The notes under the pieces are model-generated. The model saw only the letters and a program-made list of their open reading frames with translations, was not told where the DNA came from and searched no databases. From positions 8,713 through 72,712 of the forward strand of contig CAZTUQ010000001.1 of the NCBI GenBank assembly GCA_964616865.1: a stretch of DNA of 64,000 bases. The letters are read 5' to 3'. The stretch is from an uncultured Muribaculaceae bacterium. Its GTDB lineage: Bacteria > Bacteroidota > Bacteroidia > Bacteroidales > UBA932. Position 1 is the stretch's first letter, and each line of letters begins with the position of its first letter. A program made the translations under genes and the position numbers. Of this stretch, positions 8,825-19,081 are shown in pieces.

Positions 8825-11164
8825 TTATTCAAAGTAACGTCCTGTAAGATCCTGATTGTCGCCGCTCTCCGTATCCGCGTCACCACCGTCGCACGCCAAA
8901 TTGAGAGTCATGCCGGCAGGAGCCACAAATCTGTCCATCTCGCTGATTCCGAGCGTACCGTCCGCAAGCACCTTCTTCATGAATATTCCCCATATAGGGA
9001 GGGCCATATTGGAGCCGCTTCCGAGAGCGAGACTGTTGAAATGCACCTGGCGGTCCTCACCTCCTACCCAGACTCCGGCAGTAATCGTGGGAGTGTATCC
9101 TATAAACCATCCGTCAGAGTTGTCATTGGTCGTACCTGTCTTGCCGGCTATCTCGCCTTTGAGCCCATAGACAGAACGCAGGCGTCCGCCTGTACCCTGA
9201 TTGATGACACCCTGCATGAGATTTTCCATCAGATACGCAGTATGGTCGCTGACCGCCTCCTGCTTGCGGTTGGAGAACTCTCCGAGCAGGTTGCCGTCAC
9301 TGTCTTCTATGCGCGACACGAATATCGGCTCTACATACACACCCTTGGACGGGAATGTGTTATACGCCGAAACCATCTCATACAGAGATATATCCGCAGG
9401 ACCTACGCACAGAGAGGGCACGGCATCGATATGGCTGTGTATACCCATCTGGTGCATCATGTCGGCCATCGCTTCCGGTCCGAACTGCTTCATCAGATAT
9501 GCGGAAATGTTGTTGGAACTGTGGGTGAGTCCCCATTTGAGCGTCACCGTCTTGCCTATCCACTCCTGCCTGTCCGTACTGCGCGGTGTCCAGACATCCC
9601 CATTGACAATGAACGACTGCGGTACATTGACAACCTTGTCGCACGGTGTCATGCCGCTGTTCATGGCAAGCGTATAGAGGAACGGCTTGATGGTCGAACC
9701 GACCTGGCGCTTGCCCTGACGGACATTGTCGTACTTGAAATAACGGTAGTTAGGCCCTCCGACATACGCCTTGACATGGCCGGTACCGGGCTCAATGGCA
9801 AAGAATGCGGCACGCAGAATACCCTTGTAGTACTTGATGGAGTCATCCGGAGTCATGGTGGTGTCGATATAGCCCTTGGTATTCCACGCAAACACCCTCA
9901 TTTTCCTCGCTTCGGAGAAACTCTTCATTATCTGTTCCTCGGAGAGCCCCTCTTTCTTGCCCATACGGTAGCGGTCGCTCCAGCGCCTCGCCTGACGCAT
10001 GAGCGAATTCACGAGTTCATCATCGGTATCCGATGCGAAAGGCTTCTTCCTGTTGTAGCGCTGCTCCTGGACGAACGAACGCTGCAATGTCTTGCCAAGA
10101 TGCTGTGCCACTGCCTCTTCGGCATATTTCTGCATCTTATAATTAATGGTAGTATAGATCTTGAGACCGTCCTTGTCAAGATTGTAGGTGCTGCCGTCCG
10201 GCTTTTTGTTTTTGTTGAGCCAACCGTACAGCCCGTCGGTAGCCCACAACAGGGAATCTGCCGAATAGTCCTCTCTGTACTGATAGTCCTGACGGCGCGG
10301 TTTCTTGGCATTCATGGTCTTGCGGAGCATATCCCTGAAATAAGGGGCAAGTCCGGCATTGTGGTCCTGGACTCGGTACTGCGACACATCCAGCGGGAGG
10401 CCCTTGAGAGAGTCGCACACATGACGGGTGATGAAATCAGCCTTTTCCATACGCTCCAGCACCAGATTGCGGCGTTTCATCGAGGCCTCGGGATGCAGGA
10501 CCGGATTATATCCTGTAGGCTTGTTGATCATTCCGACGAGGACTGCAGCCTCCTGCAGTTCGAGGTCGGCAGGAGCCTTGGCAAAGAATGTCTCCGATGC
10601 TGCCTTGATGCCGTATGCGCCACTGCCGAAGAATATGGAATTGAAATACATATCCATAATCTCGTTCTTGGTGTAGTTGCGCTCCAGTTTGACAGCGGTT
10701 ATCCACTCCTTAAACTTAATCCAGACGAGTTTGACCTTGCTGCTGACATTCTGTCTCGGATAAAGGGTCTTGGCGAGCTGTTGCGTGATGGTACTGCCTC
10801 CGCCCTGGCTGGAGCGGTTGAGCAACAGGGTCTTGACGCCTACACGGCCGAGGCCTACCAGGTCAATGCCGGAATGCTTGTAGAAACGCTTGTCCTCGGT
10901 CGCCACGGCTGCAGCGACCAGATACGGGGAGAGTTCCTCATAACTCACATAGGTCCTATTCTCTATATGGAATGTCGTGAGAACCTCACCGTCTTCGGCA
11001 ATAACCTGCGTGGCGAGTTTGCTTTCAGGATTTTCGAGTTCTTCGAACGACGGTATACGCGCGAACGCCCAGACGACCAATATCATCAGGGCGAGCAGCA
11101 CCACCGGTGCAAAAACTATGATCCAGAACCACTTGATAATCTTCTTCTTTGAACTGTCTGTCAT
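8825..11164 (-). CDS. Class A penicillin-binding protein (PBP1a, transglycosylase/transpeptidase)
   Basis: N-terminal TM; TG motifs EDKRFYKHSG and GGSTITQQLAK; TP motifs GSTIK, SSN, KTGT. Confidence 0.93.
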   Translation of the reverse strand: MTDSSKKKIIKWFWIIVFAPVVLLALMILVVWAFARIPSFEELENPESKLATQVIAEDGEVLTTFHIENRTYVSYEELSPYLVAAAVATEDKRFYKHSGIDLVGLGRVGVKTLLLNRSSQGGGSTITQQLAKTLYPRQNVSSKVKLVWIKFKEWITAVKLERNYTKNEIMDMYFNSIFFGSGAYGIKAASETFFAKAPADLELQEAAVLVGMINKPTGYNPVLHPEASMKRRNLVLERMEKADFITRHVCDSLKGLPLDVSQYRVQDHNAGLAPYFRDMLRKTMNAKKPRRQDYQYREDYSADSLLWATDGLYGWLNKNKKPDGSTYNLDKDGLKIYTTINYKMQKYAEEAVAQHLGKTLQRSFVQEQRYNRKKPFASDTDDELVNSLMRQARRWSDRYRMGKKEGLSEEQIMKSFSEARKMRVFAWNTKGYIDTTMTPDDSIKYYKGILRAAFFAIEPGTGHVKAYVGGPNYRYFKYDNVRQGKRQVGSTIKPFLYTLAMNSGMTPCDKVVNVPQSFIVNGDVWTPRSTDRQEWIGKTVTLKWGLTHSSNNISAYLMKQFGPEAMADMMHQMGIHSHIDAVPSLCVGPADISLYEMVSAYNTFPSKGVYVEPIFVSRIEDSDGNLLGEFSNRKQEAVSDHTAYLMENLMQGVINQGTGGRLRSVYGLKGEIAGKTGTTNDNSDGWFIGYTPTITAGVWVGGEDRQVHFNSLALGSGSNMALPIWGIFMKKVLADGTLGISEMDRFVAPAGMTLNLACDGGDADTESGDNQDLTGRYFE

Positions 11165-11203
11165 AACGACGGATGCGAAACGGATTATAATATGTATGAA
11201 TCA

Positions 11204-11211
11204 CAAAATTA
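11204..11211 (-). promoter_or_regulatory. -7 promoter box for PBP1a-ddl-prmC
   Basis: TAATTTTG on the minus strand, 40 nt upstream of the PBP1a ATG. Confidence 0.5.
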
Positions 11212-11270
11212 ACGATTAATTTGAAAAATCCCGAGATTGTCGTTTTCTTTGCAAAATCGAATTGAAAGCC

Positions 11271-13598
11271 ATGGATGGGAATTTAGTAATAGTCGAGTCT
11301 CCGGCAAAAGCCAAGACAATACAGAAGTTTTTGGGGGATGCGTACATCGTAAAATCCAGTTTCGGACACATTAGAGACCTGAACGACAAAAACTTAAGCA
11401 TTGATATAGAGCAGGATTTCAAACCGGAATATGTGGTGCCTGCCGACAAGAAGAAGGTAGTAGCCGAACTCAAGAAACTCGCAGGAGAATCACAGATTGT
11501 GTGGCTCGCATCCGATGAGGACCGCGAGGGAGAAGCCATATCATGGCATCTGAGAGAGACTCTCGGGCTCGACCCTGCCAGAACAAAGCGTATCGCATTC
11601 CACGAAATCACCAAGACCGCCATACAGGAGGCCGTCGCCCATCCGCGCGATATAGACATGAATCTTGTCAATGCCCAGCAGGCAAGGCGCGTACTGGACA
11701 GACTGGTGGGATTTGAACTTTCCCCCGTGCTCTGGCGCAAGGTGCAGCCAAAACTCTCGGCAGGACGTGTCCAGTCTGTGGCACTCAAGTTGATCTGCGA
11801 CCGCGAGAAGGAAATTATCTCGTTTGAGGGCAAATCATTCTATCGCGTAGAGGGAACATTCCATATTGACGGAAAGGAGGCATCAGCCAAACTCAAAGCC
11901 GTCCTCGACACCCGTTTCGACAATATCGGAGACGCAAGACGGTTCCTGGAGGACAGCATAGGCGCGTCATATATGGTGGACAGCATGGAAGACAAGGAGG
12001 GTAAAAGATACCCTGCCGCACCGTTTACGACATCGACCTTGCAGCAGGAGGCTTCGAAAGTGCTGCGAATGCCTGTAGGCGTGACCATGCGTGTGGCGCA
12101 AAGCCTGTACGAACGAGGACTCATCACATACATGAGAACAGACTCGACCAATCTGTCCTCTCTTGCACTGAATGTCTCCAAGAAATACATCACAGAGACT
12201 TACGGAGAAGAATACTCCAAGCCCCGTCAGTACAAGACAACATCCAAAGGAGCGCAGGAAGCGCACGAAGCCATACGCCCCACATTCATAGACAACCTCG
12301 AAATCGAAGGCACTGCGCAGGAGCAGAAACTCTACAGGCTCATCTGGAGGCGCACTGTCGCGTCACAGATGTCCGATGCCACCGTGCTGTCTTCCTCAGT
12401 CAAGATCAAATCCGACCGTCGTGCCGAGAGATTCGTGGCGCAGGCCACAAGGGTACTGTTCGACGGCTTTCTCAAACTCTATATGGAGAGCAGCGACGAC
12501 GCGCAGGACGACCAGCAGGAGACGATGCTGCCAGAGATGTCAATCGGTGACGCCCTGACTGCCAAGTCCATAAACGCAGAATGCAAATTTACAGGCGCGC
12601 CACAACGCTATACTGAGGCAACGCTTGTAAAGACACTGGAGAAACTCGGCATAGGCCGCCCGTCCACATACGCACCTACCATATCAACTCTCACAACGGC
12701 AAGAGGATATGTAGTCAGAGGAGACAAGGAAGGACGCAGAATCCCTGTAGAGAACCTCTGCCTCAAGGGCGGAGACATCACAATTGCCACCAAGGAAGAA
12801 ATAGTCGGTGCGGAGAGAGGCAGGCTGCTCCCGCAGGAGATAGGCATGCTCGTATCCGACTATCTGACAGCCAATTTCCCTGATATCATGAACTACGACT
12901 TCACTGCCAATGTCGAACAGGAATTCGACAGCATAGCAGCCGGAGACATGCGCTGGAATGATGTCATACGCGAGTTCTATGCACCATTCCACCAGAGGGT
13001 GCAGAGCACACTCGATTCCAAGGAATATGCACATGTAGAGAGGGAAATCGGCATCGCTCCGGACGGCGAGGCCATCATAGGCAAATTCGGCCACTATGGC
13101 CCTTATGTCCAGAAAGGGCCGGCAGAGAAACGGCAGTTTGCGAGCCTCGACAAAGGACAACTCATTGAGAACATCACTCTCGAAGACGCTCTCAAGCTGT
13201 TCCAGTTCCCCCGCAGGCTTGGACAATACGAGGGCGCTGACATCAGTATATTCAAGGGACGCTTCGGACCGTATATCAAGTACGGCGACAGCAACATATC
13301 CCTCCCGAAAGGCACCGACCCTCTGAACATCACCATCGAAGACTGCGCCGCCATCATACGCGGCCAGCAGGACAAAGGTGCACAGAGCACGATCATCGCC
13401 CAATGGGAAAGCAGCGACATCGCTATAATCAACGGGCGTTACGGACCTTACATCAAGCACGCCGGTTCCAACTACAAGATACCGAAAGGAACAGACGCAT
13501 CGACCCTTGACGAGACCGCATGCAAAGCCATCATCGATGGCTCGCAACCTACCGGCAAAGGTCGCGGACGTTTTACCCGCAAAAAGAACAACAAATAG
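11271..13598 (+). CDS. topA: DNA topoisomerase I
   Basis: NLVIVESPAKAKTI, LASDEDREGEAI, SAGRVQS, GLITYMRTDS (catalytic Tyr); C-terminal GRFGPY repeats. ATG at 11271. Confidence 0.97.
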   Translation: MDGNLVIVESPAKAKTIQKFLGDAYIVKSSFGHIRDLNDKNLSIDIEQDFKPEYVVPADKKKVVAELKKLAGESQIVWLASDEDREGEAISWHLRETLGLDPARTKRIAFHEITKTAIQEAVAHPRDIDMNLVNAQQARRVLDRLVGFELSPVLWRKVQPKLSAGRVQSVALKLICDREKEIISFEGKSFYRVEGTFHIDGKEASAKLKAVLDTRFDNIGDARRFLEDSIGASYMVDSMEDKEGKRYPAAPFTTSTLQQEASKVLRMPVGVTMRVAQSLYERGLITYMRTDSTNLSSLALNVSKKYITETYGEEYSKPRQYKTTSKGAQEAHEAIRPTFIDNLEIEGTAQEQKLYRLIWRRTVASQMSDATVLSSSVKIKSDRRAERFVAQATRVLFDGFLKLYMESSDDAQDDQQETMLPEMSIGDALTAKSINAECKFTGAPQRYTEATLVKTLEKLGIGRPSTYAPTISTLTTARGYVVRGDKEGRRIPVENLCLKGGDITIATKEEIVGAERGRLLPQEIGMLVSDYLTANFPDIMNYDFTANVEQEFDSIAAGDMRWNDVIREFYAPFHQRVQSTLDSKEYAHVEREIGIAPDGEAIIGKFGHYGPYVQKGPAEKRQFASLDKGQLIENITLEDALKLFQFPRRLGQYEGADISIFKGRFGPYIKYGDSNISLPKGTDPLNITIEDCAAIIRGQQDKGAQSTIIAQWESSDIAIINGRYGPYIKHAGSNYKIPKGTDASTLDETACKAIIDGSQPTGKGRGRFTRKKNNK

Positions 13599-13607
13599 TC
13601 ATCCGCT

Positions 13608-14114
13608 ATGGCAAACTCTCATCAAATCGACAAGATTGACAGGAAGATACTCTCTCTCCTGGTCAACAACGCACGCAGACCCTACCTGGAAATTGCGCGC
13701 GAATGCGGATTGTCAGGCGCAGCCATCCACCAGCGAGTCAAGAAACTCGAAGACGCCGGCATCATCACCGGTTCGCGCCTCATCGTCAAGCCCCAGACGC
13801 TCGGTCTGAACGTATGTGCGTTCATCAGTGTCGTGGTGACAGAAAAAGACAAACTCGGAGAGGTGCTCGACGCTATCGAACAAGTCCCGGAAGTTGTGGA
13901 ATGTCATTTCGTTACAGGTAAGGCGTCCCTGTTGCTCAAGGTGTACGGATTCAACAACGACCACCTGATGGAAATCATCACCACATCGTTGCAGAAAATC
14001 CCCTACATCCAGTCGACCGACACCATGATTTCGCTCAACCAGGCATTCGAACGCCAGGTATGGGTGAGGGACGAGGAGCCCCAGTACGAGATCACCGCCC
14101 GGAAATCGAAATAA
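13608..14114 (+). CDS. Lrp/AsnC family transcriptional regulator
   Basis: IDKIDRKILSLL...RRPYLEIARECGLSGAAIHQRVKKL HTH; VVECHFVTG regulatory domain. Confidence 0.92.
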   Translation: MANSHQIDKIDRKILSLLVNNARRPYLEIARECGLSGAAIHQRVKKLEDAGIITGSRLIVKPQTLGLNVCAFISVVVTEKDKLGEVLDAIEQVPEVVECHFVTGKASLLLKVYGFNNDHLMEIITTSLQKIPYIQSTDTMISLNQAFERQVWVRDEEPQYEITARKSK

Positions 14115-14781
14115 GAGCACGCGCCAGCGCCAGGTCGTGCGGCGTGGTGAGTTTGATATTGCTCCTGTCTCCTTCTATATATGACAGTGGAATGCCGAAA
14201 CGGCGTGCCACTGCGGAATCGTCTGTAAATGAAGTGTCATAGGCTCCGGAATACGCCTGCTTGAGCTCTTCCGAACGGAACATCTGGGGTGTCTGCACGG
14301 CATAGACCCCTGTCCTGTCCAGGGGCGTCCCCTCAGAGTCCAGTCCCCCCTCCAGTCGTACCATCGTATCTACGCAGGGCATCACAGGAATCAGTGCCCG
14401 GCAGGTCTCCATACGATTCCTCATCTCGCGGATAAGGTCCTCTGTCACAAACGGTCTCACTCCGTCATGTATGGCAACGGTAACACCCTCCGGCACGCGC
14501 TCGAGGGCGTTGCGCACACTATGGAAACGCGTTATCCCTCCTGCCACAAGAGTCTGGCGGCAAGAGAAGTTGGAGACCGCGCAGTATTCGCGCCAATATG
14601 GTATGTAGTCCTGTGGCAGGACGGTGACAATCCGCACATCCGGCACAGCAGAAACGAATTTCTCTATGGTCATGCGCAGGACTGGCTTGTCATCCAGACG
14701 GATAAATTGTTTCGGCCGGTCCGCCCCCATTCTGGAGCCGCTTCCGGCCGCCATTATTACGGCATATAAAGTTTTCAACAT
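14092..14781 (-). CDS. ispD: 2-C-methyl-D-erythritol 4-phosphate cytidylyltransferase
   Basis: AAGSGSRMGADRPKQF, GGITRFHSV, IHDGVRPF, VQTPQMF, TDD, NIKLTTP. Converges on the AsnC gene with a 23-nt overlap. Confidence 0.93.
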   Translation of the reverse strand: MLKTLYAVIMAAGSGSRMGADRPKQFIRLDDKPVLRMTIEKFVSAVPDVRIVTVLPQDYIPYWREYCAVSNFSCRQTLVAGGITRFHSVRNALERVPEGVTVAIHDGVRPFVTEDLIREMRNRMETCRALIPVMPCVDTMVRLEGGLDSEGTPLDRTGVYAVQTPQMFRSEELKQAYSGAYDTSFTDDSAVARRFGIPLSYIEGDRSNIKLTTPHDLALARALISISGR

Positions 14782-14802
14782 CCGCTGCTTGTTTTATTTA
14801 GG

Positions 14803-14810
14803 CAAATTTA
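14803..14810 (-). promoter_or_regulatory. -7 promoter box for ispD
   Basis: TAAATTTG on the minus strand in the AT-rich divergent gap between ispD and mreB. Confidence 0.5.
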
Positions 14811-14870
14811 AGTTTTTTTCGTACTTTTACATACTTTAGTGTTAACCCCTCTAAAAGTGTAATTTTAATA

Positions 14871-15890
14871 ATGGCATTTTCATTTCTCAACAAAGAGCTC
14901 GCCATCGATCTGGGGACCGCAAACACGGTCATTTTCCAGCACGACCAGATAGTGCTGGACGAGCCCAGCATCGTTGCTATCGACAACAGGACTGAGAAGT
15001 GCATCGCGCTCGGAAAGAAAGCCAAGCTCATGCACGAAAGGACCAACCCGGGAGTCAAGACCGTAAGACCGCTCCGAGACGGCGTCATCGCCGACTTCCA
15101 GGCTGCGGAAATGATGATAAGGGGGTTCATAAGACAGGTCGAAAAGAAGTCTTCGATATTCACGCCCAATCTCAAGGTCGTCATAGGCATCCCCTCCGGC
15201 AGTACGGAAGTGGAGATACGAGCCGTCCGCGACTCCAGCGAACATGCAGGAGCAAGGGATGTGTTTTTGATTTATGAGCCCATGGCGGCAGCCCTCGGTA
15301 TCGGGCTCGATGTGGAAGCCCCGCGCGGCCACATGGTCGTGGACATCGGTGGCGGTACTACTGAAATAGCCGTCATCTCCCTCGGAGGCATAGTGCAGCA
15401 GGAGAGCATCCGCGTTGCCGGAGATGTATTCACCGGAGACATCAAGGACTATCTGCGCCAGCAGCACAACATCAAGGTCGGAGAGATCACGGCCGAGCAG
15501 GTCAAGATCAAGGTCGGAGCTGTCATCCCTAACCTCGAGGACGAGCCGGAGCCCATGATCGTAAGAGGTCCTAACCTCATGACCGCACATCCTGTGGACG
15601 CCACCATCACATATCAGGAGATTGCACACTGCCTGGACAAGTCCATCGCCAAGATTGAGGCCTCTATCCTGCATGTACTCGAGATGACCCCTCCGGAGTT
15701 GTATTCCGACATCGTGGAGGACGGCATATTCCTCTCCGGCGGTGGTGCATTGCTCCGCGGCATAGCGCAGAGATTCACAGAGAAAGTCAACATCCCGTTC
15801 CATGTATCCGAGGATCCGTTGAGGGCTGTGGCAAGAGGTACCTGCATCGCGCTCAAAAACACGAGCCATTACTCATTCCTGATGAGGTGA
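14871..15890 (+). CDS. mreB: Rod shape-determining protein MreB
   Basis: LAIDLGTANT, VRPLRDGVIADF, MVVDIGGGTTE, LSGGGALLRG. Confidence 0.97.
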   Translation: MAFSFLNKELAIDLGTANTVIFQHDQIVLDEPSIVAIDNRTEKCIALGKKAKLMHERTNPGVKTVRPLRDGVIADFQAAEMMIRGFIRQVEKKSSIFTPNLKVVIGIPSGSTEVEIRAVRDSSEHAGARDVFLIYEPMAAALGIGLDVEAPRGHMVVDIGGGTTEIAVISLGGIVQQESIRVAGDVFTGDIKDYLRQQHNIKVGEITAEQVKIKVGAVIPNLEDEPEPMIVRGPNLMTAHPVDATITYQEIAHCLDKSIAKIEASILHVLEMTPPELYSDIVEDGIFLSGGGALLRGIAQRFTEKVNIPFHVSEDPLRAVARGTCIALKNTSHYSFLMR

Positions 15891-16726
15891 TGACCCGGGG
15901 CGGGACCTACAGAACCATCATAAATGCAGCTGTTTTCATCATTCTGGAAACGGCTGCTTTGGCTATGTTGGCCCACCATAACGACCTGCAGCGCATCTGG
16001 CTCTCAAAGGCTTCGCACAGGTTTATGGCATGGGCATGGGGCGGCAGCGAAAGCATACGGCATTATTTCTCGCTCAATAAGACGAATGCGGAACTCGCAG
16101 AGAACAATTTCCGCCTGCAGGAGAGAGTGAACGCCCTTGAGGCCGCCGTACGCGCACACACGGCAGACAGTCTGTCTGCAATCATCCCCAACAACGGAAA
16201 CTATATCTACACTCCGGCGACCATTGTCAAGATAAGCCGCAACAAGGCGCACAACTATTTCATCATCGACAAGGGGTCAGAAGACGGCATTCATCCGCAA
16301 ACCGGCGTGATTACCGCTGACGGAGCGGTCGGGGTAATAGATGCCGTAGACAAGCATTATTCCTACGGGCTGTCATTCATCAACAGCAATAGCAGCGTGA
16401 GTTCGCGCATAGGACGCGAGGGGCCGGTCGGGCGTCTGTCGTGGAGCGGCAATTCCGCGAAGAAAGCCGTATTGAAAGACATTCCCCTGCAGAACAGGTT
16501 CGAGCAGGGCGATACAGTATGGACGAGCGGATTCTCCGAAATATTCCCTCCGGACATTCCTTTAGGCACTGTGGAAGACTCGCGCATCGTAGGAGGAGCA
16601 GTATATGAGGTCAGCGTCAATCTCCTGCAGGACTTCTCGTCTGTGAGGTATGTCACTGTGGTGTACAACAGCGCAAGGGATGAAATCAAATTCCTTGAGA
16701 CACTTGAGGAGGAGGTCATGCGATGA
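15890..16726 (+). CDS. mreC: Rod shape-determining protein MreC
   Basis: N-terminal TM plus coiled coil (ELAENNFRLQE), IIDKGSEDGI, GDTVWTSGFSEIFP; operon position (TGATG overlap). Confidence 0.92.
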   Translation: MTRGGTYRTIINAAVFIILETAALAMLAHHNDLQRIWLSKASHRFMAWAWGGSESIRHYFSLNKTNAELAENNFRLQERVNALEAAVRAHTADSLSAIIPNNGNYIYTPATIVKISRNKAHNYFIIDKGSEDGIHPQTGVITADGAVGVIDAVDKHYSYGLSFINSNSSVSSRIGREGPVGRLSWSGNSAKKAVLKDIPLQNRFEQGDTVWTSGFSEIFPPDIPLGTVEDSRIVGGAVYEVSVNLLQDFSSVRYVTVVYNSARDEIKFLETLEEEVMR

Positions 16727-17235
16727 ACAGAAAGGATTTCACCATCACATACATAGCCTTGCTGATAGCGCAGATTTTCATCTGCAACTATCTCAACCTC
16801 TCCCAGTTCGTCACGCTGAATGTATTGCCACTGATGATATTGATGCTGCCGATTTCCTGCAGCACGGTCTCGGCAATGGTTGTGGCGTTTGTGACAGGGC
16901 TTGCAATCGACCTGCTCAGTGACGGAGTCGCAGGTCTGAACGCATTGGCACTCGTGCCGGCCGCATTGTGCAGAGAAGGCATCATACGCATAGTGTTCGG
17001 CAGTGAGGTATTCGCCCGAAAAGAGAATATATCGTCAGGCAAGCACGGCCCCGGCAAGATGCTGCTCGCAAGTCTGCTCATTCAGGCTGTCTTCCTGGTG
17101 GCATATATCTGGGCGGACGGAGCCGGCACACGCCCCTTGTGGCACAATGCGCTGAGATTCCTGCTGTCGCTCCTGCTCTCCGGATTTATAGCATTGCCTG
17201 TCACAAGACTGCTGGCCGCTGACAGAATGGAATGA
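16723..17235 (+). CDS. mreD: Rod shape-determining protein MreD
   Basis: Hydrophobic 170-aa protein between mreC and mrdA, with FVTGLAIDLLSD motif. Confidence 0.85.
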   Translation: MNRKDFTITYIALLIAQIFICNYLNLSQFVTLNVLPLMILMLPISCSTVSAMVVAFVTGLAIDLLSDGVAGLNALALVPAALCREGIIRIVFGSEVFARKENISSGKHGPGKMLLASLLIQAVFLVAYIWADGAGTRPLWHNALRFLLSLLLSGFIALPVTRLLAADRME

Positions 17236-19079
17236 AGACAGACAGATCCATAAAGTTGATTATCGGCGTATGCGCCGCAGCAGCCATTCTTGTCATCAAA
17301 CTGTTCGGTATACAGATTATCAACAGGAGTTACAAGGAAGACGCTGCCAACAACTCCATGGTATACGAGACCGTATATCCTACACGAGGCATTATCTATG
17401 ACAGGAACGGCAGGATACTCGTGGGCAATACCGTGGCATACGACATCATGGTAACCCCGAGGACTGTGGGCGCATTCGACACGCTCACTCTCGCCAATGT
17501 CCTCAATGTCAGCCCCGATTTCATCAGAGGCAAGATGGACGAATACCGCAGGTACCGAAGCCGCATCGGATACCAGTCCGTAGTCATGCTCAAGAAAGTC
17601 CCTCCGGAGGTATATGTCAAATTTACGGAGCTGCAATACAAGTTCCCCGGATTCTCGGGGCAGATGAGAAGCATACGGGAATATCCTTTCAATGCCGGTG
17701 GCAACCTGTTGGGCTATGTCTCCGAGGCAAGCGCTGAAGACATCAAGGCTCACCCGGGGGAATACCGACCAGGTGATTACATAGGCAAGACCGGCATAGA
17801 AGCCGTCCGCGAAAAAGAACTGCGCGGAGAGAAAGGCTACAAGGTGTACCTGCGCAATTCACGCAATCAGATACAGAGCCCCTACAACGGGGGCGAACTC
17901 GACCGCGAGGCCGTCCCCGGCAAAGACATAGTCACCACCATAGACGCCGAACTCCAGCAATACGGGCAGGAACTGATGAAGAACAAAGTCGGCAGTCTCG
18001 TGGCGATAGAGCCGGAAACCGGAGAGATACTCGCAATGGTGTCCAGCCCGGGTATAGATGTTGACAAACTCGCGGACATATCGCGTTACTACAACGAGAT
18101 AGCCGGAGACAAGTACAAGCCGATGTTTAACCGTACAGTGCAGGCATCATACCCTCCCGGATCGGTATTCAAGCTCGTAAACGGCCTCATTGCATTGGAA
18201 GAGGAAGTCATCACTCCTGCCAGTTCATTTCCATGCAGCCACGGGTACATGTACGGAGGAGGGCACAAACTCGGATGCCACACCCACCGCTCGCCGCTGG
18301 ATCTGAATGAAGCGATAATGATGTCATGCAACGGATACTTCTGCTACGCATTCAGATATGTCCTCGAAAACCGCAGGAAATACGCATCCACCGCCGATGC
18401 TTTCGACGCATGGAGGGATTATGTATGCAGTTTCGGACTCGGACAGAAGCTCGGCAGCGATTTCCCGTCAGAGCTCGGCGGCAACATCCCCACCAGCAAA
18501 TACTACAACCGCATCTACGGCAAGAACGGTTGGAGATTCTCCACTATCATCTCTCTGTCTATCGGCCAGGGAGAAATAGGCGCCACACCTCTGCAGATAG
18601 CCAACCTCAGCGCAATCATGGCAAATAGGGGCTGGTACCGTATACCGCACATAATCAAGGACTCGGAAGGCGTGGAAATAGATGCGAGATACAAGGAGCG
18701 CAATTACACTCTCGTAGATACCAGCAACTTCTATAAGGTCATAGACGGCATGTGGAGGGCGGTGAATGCCCCGGCCGGCTCCGGCAACACCGCACGCGTG
18801 GCGGCAGTGCCCGGACTGGACATCTGCGGCAAGACAGGCACGGCGCAGAATCCGCGAGGAGATGACAACTCGGTATTCCTCTGCTTCGCCCCCAAGGACA
18901 ATCCCAGGATAGCGGTCGCCGCCTATGTGGAGAATGCAGGATTCGGAGCCACATGGGCATGCCCTATAGCCTCGCTCCTGGTAGAAAAATATCTCAACGG
19001 AGAAATCAGTGAAGACAGGAAGTGGACGGAGGAGAGAATCCTCAATGCCGATCTGCTGCACAAGGTAAAGACTGACTGA
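17232..19079 (+). CDS. mrdA: Penicillin-binding protein 2
   Basis: PTRGIIYDRNG, YPPGSVFK (SxxK), SCN, ICGKTGTAQNP. Confidence 0.95.
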   Translation: MKTDRSIKLIIGVCAAAAILVIKLFGIQIINRSYKEDAANNSMVYETVYPTRGIIYDRNGRILVGNTVAYDIMVTPRTVGAFDTLTLANVLNVSPDFIRGKMDEYRRYRSRIGYQSVVMLKKVPPEVYVKFTELQYKFPGFSGQMRSIREYPFNAGGNLLGYVSEASAEDIKAHPGEYRPGDYIGKTGIEAVREKELRGEKGYKVYLRNSRNQIQSPYNGGELDREAVPGKDIVTTIDAELQQYGQELMKNKVGSLVAIEPETGEILAMVSSPGIDVDKLADISRYYNEIAGDKYKPMFNRTVQASYPPGSVFKLVNGLIALEEEVITPASSFPCSHGYMYGGGHKLGCHTHRSPLDLNEAIMMSCNGYFCYAFRYVLENRRKYASTADAFDAWRDYVCSFGLGQKLGSDFPSELGGNIPTSKYYNRIYGKNGWRFSTIISLSIGQGEIGATPLQIANLSAIMANRGWYRIPHIIKDSEGVEIDARYKERNYTLVDTSNFYKVIDGMWRAVNAPAGSGNTARVAAVPGLDICGKTGTAQNPRGDDNSVFLCFAPKDNPRIAVAAYVENAGFGATWACPIASLLVEKYLNGEISEDRKWTEERILNADLLHKVKTD

Positions 19080-19081
19080 CG

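Noticed and set aside
8528-11152. 874-aa plus-strand ORF
   Set aside because: Antisense shadow of the PBP1a gene; no recognisable motifs, and long antisense frames are expected from codon bias in GC-rich coding DNA.
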